From the NCBI GenBank assembly GCA_934101645.1, contig CAKORX010000003.1, positions 5,179-69,178 of the forward strand: DNA of 64,000 bases. The letters are read 5' to 3'. A program made the position numbers and the translations under genes. The stretch is from an uncultured Bacilli bacterium. Lineage in GTDB: Bacteria > Bacillota_I > Bacilli_A > RF39 > UBA660. The notes beneath the pieces were generated by a model that saw only the letters and a program-made list of their open reading frames with translations, did no database searches and was not told where the DNA came from. Below, one piece after another: positions 56,856 through 64,000 of this stretch (the stretch's first letter is position 1; every line of letters starts with the position of its first letter).

Positions 56856-57009
56856 TGAACTAACAAAAGATGAAAAACTTGTTTATCTATTAAATAAAAT
56901 CGAAGAAGATAGCAATTGTAATCCTCATAAAGAAGTAATAAATGATTTAAAAATGAAACTAATATTAAAGATGAATACTGATATAGAATCTTTAGATGAT
57001 AAAAATTAA
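56839..57009 (+). CDS. possible 56-aa small ORF overlapping the 3' end of the 1052-aa gene
   Basis: GAGGTGA RBS 6 nt upstream of ATG 56839, giving MNLQNDELTKDEKLVYLLNKIEEDSNCNPHKEVINDLKMKLILKMNTDIESLDDKN. Not in the supplied track. Confidence 0.3.
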   Translation: MNLQNDELTKDEKLVYLLNKIEEDSNCNPHKEVINDLKMKLILKMNTDIESLDDKN

Positions 57010-57189
57010 TTCATAATAAATGATTTAAATAGGGTTGATGTTTATTTAACACTTTACACCAATTTGATATTAAAGTATAAAAATATACTATAATTAATGG
57101 ATGTTATAATACTTAACTTAATCATACATGGGTGGAATTGAAAAAATAGTTCCTAAGAAATAACTTGAGTTTAAAAGCTCATTTTTTTC

Positions 57190-57218
57190 TTGCAATTTTT
57201 TAATGTAATATTTATAAT
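57190..57218 (+). promoter_or_regulatory. putative promoter of the antitoxin/toxin pair
   Basis: TTGCAA (57190-57195), 17 nt spacer, TATAAT (57213-57218), about 30 nt before ATG 57250. Confidence 0.45.
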
Positions 57219-57249
57219 GTGTTTTAGGCAGTACGTAATAAGGAGAAAT

Positions 57250-57726
57250 ATGTTAACAGCAAAGGACGTGGCAGAATACTTTCTTTCTAAAGATCCAAAT
57301 AAAAAAATATTTAACAAAAATATTATGATTTATAATGGAATAAGATTTTATGAAGGAAATGTAAAATTAAATAAGTATCTATTTTTATCTCAAGTTGTAT
57401 ATCTAGCAAAATATGGAAAAAAATTATTTGAAGATGATTTTATTGCTTATGATAATGGACCTGTAATTGAAAAAATAAGAAATCTTTATGTAAGACTTAA
57501 AGGACGTAATAGTCATATTAATTTACAAACTAAAATTTTTTTAGACAAAATATATTTGTCACTTGAAAATGCTACAACACAGGAACTAATTGAAATAAGT
57601 CATGAAGATCCAGAATGGCAACGCTTAAAAAATATGACCCATAAAAATATTAAAATGGATGTTGAAAGTAATATCAAAGAATATAAAGAAAGATATGAAG
57701 GATTAATAAAAGCCTTAAAAATATGA
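57250..57726 (+). CDS. Panacea-domain (DUF4065, SocA-like) putative antitoxin
   Basis: MLTAKDVAEYFLSK...KLNKYLFLSQVVYLAKYGKKLFEDDFIAYDNGPVIEKI...HEDPEWQRLK matches the SocA/DUF4065 pattern (ALDVAAYIL...KLQKLLYYAQAWSL...PLFDE.IEAW.NGPVV...AEDPWR). AAGGAG RBS lies before ATG 57250. Confidence 0.7.
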   Translation: MLTAKDVAEYFLSKDPNKKIFNKNIMIYNGIRFYEGNVKLNKYLFLSQVVYLAKYGKKLFEDDFIAYDNGPVIEKIRNLYVRLKGRNSHINLQTKIFLDKIYLSLENATTQELIEISHEDPEWQRLKNMTHKNIKMDVESNIKEYKERYEGLIKALKI

Positions 57727-58145
57727 TTAATAAATTAAAAGTTGGTCAAGTGTTATGGCTTAAAGTTAGGTATCAGAGTAATTTGGTATCTATGACTAAA
57801 CATCCTATGCTTATAGCAAAAATAAAATATGGTTATATTGAAGTTATTGCATTAGATAAAATAAAAGGAAAATTACAAAATTTATATTATCCATATAATT
57901 ATTTTATTGATTCGGATAATCCTAAAGAGACTGTTTTATATGAAGATAGTTATGCTCAGTTAAATACAAAATTAACTATAGAGTTTTTTCCAGAATTACT
58001 ATTATTTAGAAAAACTACGTCAGTTTTATCAAAAGTAAAATTAAATGAATTATTAAAGGCTTATAGAAAATATCAAAGAAAATATGGGATAAAAAGTGAA
58101 AGAATAATTTATATGTCAAAAAAAGATATTCAAAAATTTAATTAA
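57723..58145 (+). CDS. uncharacterised 140-aa protein, putative cognate toxin (possible MazF/PemK-like barrel)
   Basis: Overlaps the antitoxin stop by 4 nt (ATGA). Residues ...VGQVLWLKVRY...KHPMLIAKI...IEVIALDKIKGK...YFIDS...LSKVKLNELLKAYRKY follow the MazF/PemK beta-strand pattern, but only loosely. Confidence 0.4.
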   Translation: MINKLKVGQVLWLKVRYQSNLVSMTKHPMLIAKIKYGYIEVIALDKIKGKLQNLYYPYNYFIDSDNPKETVLYEDSYAQLNTKLTIEFFPELLLFRKTTSVLSKVKLNELLKAYRKYQRKYGIKSERIIYMSKKDIQKFN

Positions 58146-58195
58146 TATTGTTTTAAATAATAAAATATGCTAAATTAAATGTAATTGGAGGGTTT

Positions 58196-58411
58196 ATGGA
58201 AAATTTAATTGGTTATAAAAATAAATTAATTGGTATTAGAAATGAAATCCTTGAGTCGTTAAAAAGTGCAGAAAGTAAAGATGAAATGAGAAATTTTTTA
58301 ATAAAACTTCATAATGTAAATGAAAGAATTAAAAATGTAGAAATTAAAATTCAAGAAGAACAAAGAGAAAGTCAAAGAAGTGGTAGTAGTCATTTTGGAC
58401 TATTTAAATAA
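58196..58411 (+). CDS. hypothetical 71-aa coiled-coil protein
   Basis: GGAGGG RBS. Predicted helical/coiled coil. No family. Confidence 0.35.
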   Translation: MENLIGYKNKLIGIRNEILESLKSAESKDEMRNFLIKLHNVNERIKNVEIKIQEEQRESQRSGSSHFGLFK

Positions 58412-58570
58412 AAATTTATAAAAGATTACTTAGAAAAATGTCGAAAAAGCAAACCTACATATCTTTAATTATTAAACTCAAATTTTGAGTTTATTTTTTT
58501 GTAAGTGCATTGACAAAACTCTAAATGATGATATAATTACTCATGTGCATAAAAAGTATGTGAGGTTTGT

Positions 58571-59020
58571 ATGAAAAGAAGTATTTTGAAAAGCGTTAAA
58601 ACATTTCACCAATTAGTTATTAATAGTATGGGAGTTAGGAATATGCCAAAATATCCAAATGTTACAACTACCCAAATTGAAATTATGGAATATATTATAA
58701 ATAGCCCTAAAAAATATGCACTTCAAAAAGAATTTGAAAAGGTATTAGGACTTTCTAGAGCTACGGTTTCAAGTGTTTTAATAACAATGGAAAAAAATGG
58801 TTTAATTGTAAGAATTACTGACAATAATGATACTAGAACTAAAAAAATAGTTTTAAGTAATAATGCTCAAAAAGTATTTGAAAGTAGTAAAGAAAAAATT
58901 GAAAGTCTTGAAAAAAAATGTATTAGTGGAATAAATGAAGAAGATTTAAATACATTTATAAAGGTTTTATCTAAAATGACAGAAAATTTGAAGGAGGAAA
59001 AAAATGTTAAAATTATTTAA
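58571..59020 (+). CDS. MarR-family transcriptional regulator
   Basis: ...TTTQIEIMEYI...LQKEFEKVLGLSRATVSSVLITMEKNGLIVR... is a winged-HTH MarR signature. Precedes the ABC exporter genes. Confidence 0.75.
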   Translation: MKRSILKSVKTFHQLVINSMGVRNMPKYPNVTTTQIEIMEYIINSPKKYALQKEFEKVLGLSRATVSSVLITMEKNGLIVRITDNNDTRTKKIVLSNNAQKVFESSKEKIESLEKKCISGINEEDLNTFIKVLSKMTENLKEEKNVKII

Positions 59021-60761
59021 AAATTTAAGAAAAAAAGATTATTTACTTATTTTGGTATGTGCAATAATTATTTTCTTAGAAGTTTGGTTAGAATTAAAAA
59101 TGCCAGATTATATGAGTAATATAACAGTTCTTGTTCAAACTGAAGGTAGTAAAATGCGTGAGATACTAAAAAATGGTGGATACATGCTTTTATGTGCTTT
59201 TGGTTCTTTAATTGGAGCTGTTATAACAAGCTATATATTAACTTATGTATCAACCACGTTTTCTAAAAATGTTAGAAAAAAAGTTTTTTCAAAAACCATG
59301 GATTTATCAACTGCAGAGGTAAAAAACTTTTCTGTAAGTAGTTTGATTACAAGAACTACAAATGACGTAAGCCAAATTGAAATGTTTTTATCAATGGGAT
59401 TATCACTTTTAATGAAAGCACCAATGACTGCTGCATGGGCTATAATTAAAATATTAAATAAAAGTTGGCAATGGAGTGCTTTAACAGCATCTTGCGTTGT
59501 TGTACTTCTTATAACAATTGGAATTATTACAAGTATTGTTATGCCAAGATTTTCTTTAGTGCAAAAATTAATCGATAAAGTAAATCGTGTAACAAGAGAA
59601 AATTTAACAGGCATTAGAGTTGTACGTGCATTTAATGCTGAAAAATTTCAAGAAAATAAATTTCAAAAAGAAAATGATACACTTACAAACACTCAACTTT
59701 TCAATCAAAAATGTTTTGCAGTATTAGAGCCAATTATGACTATGGTAATGTATACGTTAACTTTAGGTATTTACTTTATTGGCGCAAGTCTTATAAATAA
59801 TGCCTTAATGACTAATAAATTAACTCTTTTTGGAGATATGGTAGTATTTTCTACTTATGCAATGCAAATAATTATGTCATTTATTATGCTTTCAATGATT
59901 TTTATGATTTTACCAAGAGCAAATGTATCTGCACAAAGAATTAATGAAGTTCTTGATGAAAAGATAACTGTCAATGAAGGTGCATTTGACGGAAAAACAA
60001 GTGAAGTTGGAACGATAGAATTTAAAAATGTGTCATTTAAATATCCTGATGCTGATGAATATTTATTAAGAGATATTTCATTTAAGGCAGAAAAAGGCCA
60101 GACTGTTGCCTTTATAGGTTCAACGGGAAGTGGAAAAAGTACTCTTATAAATTTAGTGCCAAGATTTTATGATGCTACCGATGGAGAAGTATTAATTGAT
60201 GGTATAAATGTAAAAGAATATAATTTTGAAAGTTTATATAATAAACTTGGTTATGTTTCTCAAAGAGCAGTTATGTTTGATGGAACAGTTAAATCAAATG
60301 TTTCTTATGGTAAATCAAATAGAAAAATAACAGCTGATAAAGTCAAAGAAGCTTTGGAAATCGCTCAAGGATATGACTTTGTTTCTAAAATGGATAAAGA
60401 TATAGATTCACATATAGCATCTGGTGGAACAAATGTATCTGGAGGTCAAAAACAAAGATTATCTATTGCAAGAGCAATTGCTAAAGATCCTGAAATATAT
60501 ATATTTGATGACTCTTTTTCAGCTCTTGATTATAAAACTGATTCATCACTTAGAAAGGCTTTAAAAGAAAATGCAAAGGGTGCGACAACTTTAATTGTAG
60601 CGCAAAGAATTGGAACTATTCTTAATGCAGATAAGATTATTGTTCTTGATAATGGAAAGATGGTTGGCATGGGAACTCACAAAGAATTACTAAAAAATTG
60701 TGATGTTTATAAAGAAATTGCTTATTCACAGCTTTCTAGAAAGGAGCTTGAAAATGCATAA
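59004..60761 (+). CDS. ABC transporter permease/ATP-binding protein (type I exporter half-transporter)
   Basis: Six-TM domain followed by an NBD with Walker A GSTGSGKST, signature VSGGQKQR and Walker B IYIFDDSFSALD. Confidence 0.85.
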   Translation: MLKLFKNLRKKDYLLILVCAIIIFLEVWLELKMPDYMSNITVLVQTEGSKMREILKNGGYMLLCAFGSLIGAVITSYILTYVSTTFSKNVRKKVFSKTMDLSTAEVKNFSVSSLITRTTNDVSQIEMFLSMGLSLLMKAPMTAAWAIIKILNKSWQWSALTASCVVVLLITIGIITSIVMPRFSLVQKLIDKVNRVTRENLTGIRVVRAFNAEKFQENKFQKENDTLTNTQLFNQKCFAVLEPIMTMVMYTLTLGIYFIGASLINNALMTNKLTLFGDMVVFSTYAMQIIMSFIMLSMIFMILPRANVSAQRINEVLDEKITVNEGAFDGKTSEVGTIEFKNVSFKYPDADEYLLRDISFKAEKGQTVAFIGSTGSGKSTLINLVPRFYDATDGEVLIDGINVKEYNFESLYNKLGYVSQRAVMFDGTVKSNVSYGKSNRKITADKVKEALEIAQGYDFVSKMDKDIDSHIASGGTNVSGGQKQRLSIARAIAKDPEIYIFDDSFSALDYKTDSSLRKALKENAKGATTLIVAQRIGTILNADKIIVLDNGKMVGMGTHKELLKNCDVYKEIAYSQLSRKELENA

Positions 60762-62730
60762 TAAAAAAATGGAAAATGCAAAAGATTTTAAGGGTTCACT
60801 TAAAAGACTTGTAAAGGAATTAAAACCATTTAAAGTACTTGTTATAATAAGTTTAATTTTAGCTATTTTTGGTTCAGTACTTACAATAAGTGCTCCGAAT
60901 AGACTTTCTAAACTAACTGATGAAATTCAAAAAGGGTTAGTTATTAATTCAAAAAATCTAAATACTTTAAATGAAAAAATAGAAACATCTTTTGGAAGTG
61001 ACATTGTTATTGATAATGTTACTATAAGTATGAACGATCAATTAGAATATGTTAATGCTTTAAAAACGTTAAAAAAGGGTTCAAGTGCAAAAGAATTATA
61101 TAATGCACTTGAAAACATGCCAGAAAGTGTTCAAAAAGTAATTAAACCAAAAATGGATATTAAAACAATTAAAAACATATGTATTATGCTTTTAACTGTT
61201 TATTTTGTAAGTAGTATATTTGGCTTTTTACAAGCACTTGCCATGACTAATGTATCAAATAATTTTGCTAGAACATTAAGAAAAAGAATATCACAAAAAA
61301 TTAATAAATTACCTCTTAAATATTTTGATAATCATCAAACTGGAGATATATTATCAAGAGTAACAAATGATGTTGATACACTTGCTCAAACACTTAATAA
61401 TTCGCTTTCTTCACTTGCAAGTAATGTGACATTATTATTTGGCTCAATTATTATGATGTTTAAAACAAATGCAGTTATGAGTTTAACAGCAATACTTTCA
61501 TCATTAATAGGTTTTGTTTTTATGGCAATAATTCTTTCTAAGAGTCAAAAATATTTTGTAAAAAGACAAGAAGGTTTAGGAAAACTTAATAGTCATATTG
61601 AAGAGATTTATTCTGGACTTAACGTTGTTAAAGTTTATAATGGACAAGATGATGCAAACAAAAAATTTGATAAAATAAATAAAGAGGTTAGTGAATGTAG
61701 TAGAAAAAGTGGTTTCTTATCAGGACTTATGCATCCAATGATGAGCTTCGTAGGTAATTTTGGTTATGTTGCTGTATGCATAGTTGGTGCACTTCTTACA
61801 ATGAATGGTAAAATTACTTTTGGTGTAATTATTGCCTTTATTACATATGTAAGACTATTTACAATGCCACTTTCATCAATAGCACAGGAATTTACTTTTA
61901 TACAATCCGCTTTAGCATCTTCAGAAAGAGTATTTGAATTTCTAGATGAAGAGGAAATGTCTAAAGAAGAAAATAAAGAAAAACTTGATAAAGATAGTGT
62001 AAAAGGAAATATTGAGTTTAACCACGTTTCATTTAAATATGATGAAAACGGCAAAACAATTATTAAAGATTTTTCTGCAAAAGTTAAATCGGGTCAAAAA
62101 ATTGCTATTGTAGGACCAACTGGTGCAGGTAAAACAACTATGGTAAACTTACTTATGAAGTTTTATGATATACATGATGGAGATATAACTATTGATGGAA
62201 AAAGTATTCATGATTTAACAAGAGAAAATATTCATAATTTATTTACTATGGTACTTCAGGATACTTGGCTTTTCGAAGGAACAGTTAAAGATAATATTAG
62301 ATATAATAATTCAAAAATTACTGATAAAGAAATAGAAAATGTATGTAAATATATTGGACTAGATCATTTTATTAAAACACTTCCAAATAATTATGATACT
62401 GTAATTTCTGAAAATGATAATATTTCCGCAGGACAAAAACAACTTCTTACAATTGCAAGAGGTATGTGTGAAGAGGCTCCACTTTTAATACTAGATGAAG
62501 CTACATCAAATGTTGATACTAGAACTGAGGAACTTGTTCAAAAAGCTATGGATAAACTAATGGAAGATAAAACATCATTTATAATTGCCCACAGACTTTC
62601 AACTATAAAAAATGCTGATTTAATATTAGTTATGAATGAAGGAAATATTATAGAGCAAGGTTCTCATGATGAACTTATGAAAAAAGATGGCTTTTATGCT
62701 AAACTTTATAATTCTCAATTTGAATTATAA
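60754..62730 (+). CDS. ABC transporter permease/ATP-binding protein (heterodimer partner, extended extracellular loop)
   Basis: TMD plus NBD with Walker A GPTGAGKTT, signature ISAGQKQL and Walker B LLILDEATSNVD. AGGAG RBS lies before ATG 60754. Overlaps the upstream stop. Confidence 0.85.
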   Translation: MHNKKMENAKDFKGSLKRLVKELKPFKVLVIISLILAIFGSVLTISAPNRLSKLTDEIQKGLVINSKNLNTLNEKIETSFGSDIVIDNVTISMNDQLEYVNALKTLKKGSSAKELYNALENMPESVQKVIKPKMDIKTIKNICIMLLTVYFVSSIFGFLQALAMTNVSNNFARTLRKRISQKINKLPLKYFDNHQTGDILSRVTNDVDTLAQTLNNSLSSLASNVTLLFGSIIMMFKTNAVMSLTAILSSLIGFVFMAIILSKSQKYFVKRQEGLGKLNSHIEEIYSGLNVVKVYNGQDDANKKFDKINKEVSECSRKSGFLSGLMHPMMSFVGNFGYVAVCIVGALLTMNGKITFGVIIAFITYVRLFTMPLSSIAQEFTFIQSALASSERVFEFLDEEEMSKEENKEKLDKDSVKGNIEFNHVSFKYDENGKTIIKDFSAKVKSGQKIAIVGPTGAGKTTMVNLLMKFYDIHDGDITIDGKSIHDLTRENIHNLFTMVLQDTWLFEGTVKDNIRYNNSKITDKEIENVCKYIGLDHFIKTLPNNYDTVISENDNISAGQKQLLTIARGMCEEAPLLILDEATSNVDTRTEELVQKAMDKLMEDKTSFIIAHRLSTIKNADLILVMNEGNIIEQGSHDELMKKDGFYAKLYNSQFEL

Positions 62731-62769
62731 AATATATTGTTATTGACAAAGAAAAATAATTTTTATACA

Positions 62770-63021
62770 ATAAACTTGTAAATCGATGAGAAAGAAAAGT
62801 AGGTAATATTGGTTTTATAGAGAGTAACTAAATGGTGGAAAGTTATAAATTGATGTTATACGAAATGGACTTTTAAGAGGCTACCGAAATTTTAGTAGGC
62901 TAGCACGGAGTACTTAACTTCGTTAACAAAATAGCATGTATAAATGTACATGACACACTTTTTAGGTGGCATTAATAAGAATTTAAATCTTATCCTAATT
63001 ATTGAGGATAAGATTTTTTTT
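62770..63021 (+). promoter_or_regulatory. probable T-box leader upstream of trpS (AT-rich variant)
   Basis: Stem-I-like AGAGAGTAACTAAATGGTGGAAAG, a UGG-containing loop region, T-box-like TTAGGTGGCATTAATAAG with UGGC bulge, then a clean terminator CTTATCC-taattattga-GGATAAG plus T8 (62989-63021). Confidence 0.5.
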
Positions 63022-63039
63022 AAAGAAAGAAGGATAAAT

Positions 63040-64000
63040 ATGAAAAAAAGAATTTTAACTGGATTAAAACCAACTGGAGAACTTACTTTAGGTAATTATA
63101 TTGGAGCAATATCGCAAATGGTAGAACTTTCAAATGATGAAAATAATGAAGTATATCTTTTTGTAGCAGATCTTCATGCGCTTACTGAATATCAAGATCC
63201 TGATACTTTAAGAAATAGAATTAAAAAGTTTATTGCAATGTATATTGCCTGTGGAATAGACCCAGAAAAGGTGGTTGTTTATATTCAATCAGATAATGAA
63301 TATATCCCTATGATTTCATGGATTTTAGAGTGTAACACTTATTATGGTGAAGCATCAAGAATGATTCAGTTTAAAGAAAAATCTAAAGGTAAAGAAAACT
63401 TTACTGTAGGACTTTTAACTTATCCAATTTTAATGGCTGCAGATATTTTATATTGTGATTCAGATTATGTTCCTGTAGGCATAGATCAAAAACAACACGT
63501 TGAAATTGCACGTGATATTGCAGAAAGATTTAATAATAAATATGGGGAAATTTTTAAACTTCCACAGCCTTTAATTAGTAAAGAGGGAATTAAAATTAAA
63601 GATTTGAAAGATCCAAGTAAAAAAATGAGTAAATCAGAAACTAATCCAAATGGAGTTATTTCTTTATTTGATAGCCCAGAAATGGTAAGTAAAAAGATTA
63701 TGGGAGCAACTACAGATAGTGAAAATTTAGTGTATTTCGATGAAAAAAATAAACCTGGAATTTCTAATTTGCTTAATATAGCAAGCGTTATTTCTAAAAG
63801 AACTGTAGAGGATATTGCAAATGAATATAAAAACTCTGGCTATGGCAACTTTAAAAAGTATGTAGCATCATTAACATCAAATATGATAAGTGATATTCAG
63901 ACAAAATATAATCATATTATAAGTTCTGGTAGACTTGATGAAATATTAGAAAAGGGTAAAGAGAATTCTAGAAAACTTGCTTATGAAAAAATGATTGAAA
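63040..64000 (+). CDS. trpS: tryptophan--tRNA ligase (5' part; continues beyond window)
   Basis: ...ILTGLKPTGELTLGNYIGAI... HIGH-region equivalent and later KMSKS, typical of TrpS. The ORF is open to the window end. Confidence 0.9.
   Translation, partial: MKKRILTGLKPTGELTLGNYIGAISQMVELSNDENNEVYLFVADLHALTEYQDPDTLRNRIKKFIAMYIACGIDPEKVVVYIQSDNEYIPMISWILECNTYYGEASRMIQFKEKSKGKENFTVGLLTYPILMAADILYCDSDYVPVGIDQKQHVEIARDIAERFNNKYGEIFKLPQPLISKEGIKIKDLKDPSKKMSKSETNPNGVISLFDSPEMVSKKIMGATTDSENLVYFDEKNKPGISNLLNIASVISKRTVEDIANEYKNSGYGNFKKYVASLTSNMISDIQTKYNHIISSGRLDEILEKGKENSRKLAYEKMIE

Noticed and set aside
1-64000. CRISPR array or cas genes
   Set aside because: No short direct repeats with regular unique spacers were seen anywhere. 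The only significant direct repeat is the 201-bp coding duplication at 49064-49431.

Overview
This is a 64 kb stretch of a very AT-rich, low-GC Firmicutes (Clostridia-like, spore-forming) chromosome. Almost all genes are on the + strand. Most of it is core housekeeping: uppS, spoVS, tex, the yqfC-yqfD-ybeY-dgkA-era-yqzL-recO operon, tdk, T-box-controlled glyQS-proS, sepF-divIVA, cdsA-rseP, miaA, tmcAL, rpsT, spoIIP, lepA, hemW, spoIIAA-sigF-spoVAC/AD/AE, T-box-controlled serS and trpS, three tRNAs and a heterodimeric ABC exporter. Accessory-looking content stands out in six places. (i) A 5 kb locus at 53.1-58.4 kb has a 600 bp non-coding gap, then a 1052-aa orphan protein with internal repeats and an unassigned C-terminal domain, then a Panacea/DUF4065 (SocA-like) antitoxin gene overlapping a small uncharacterised putative toxin; this is the best candidate for an undescribed system. 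(ii) An OmpR-type response regulator carries an in-frame TAA at codon 18 and reads through in-frame into an IS3-family transposase (OrfB) remnant, with no histidine kinase present. (iii) spoIIAA abuts sigF directly, with no spoIIAB. (iv) An MBOAT-DHHW-DUF4358-SGNH four-gene surface-polymer O-acylation cluster is present. (v) A near-identical ~60 bp promoter/leader module is duplicated in front of two unrelated hypothetical genes 38 kb apart. (vi) A tRNA-Arg(CCG) has co-varying non-canonical D- and T-loops. No CRISPR array, rRNA or intact IS element was found. Coordinates of RNA elements, promoters and terminators are approximate to a few nt.
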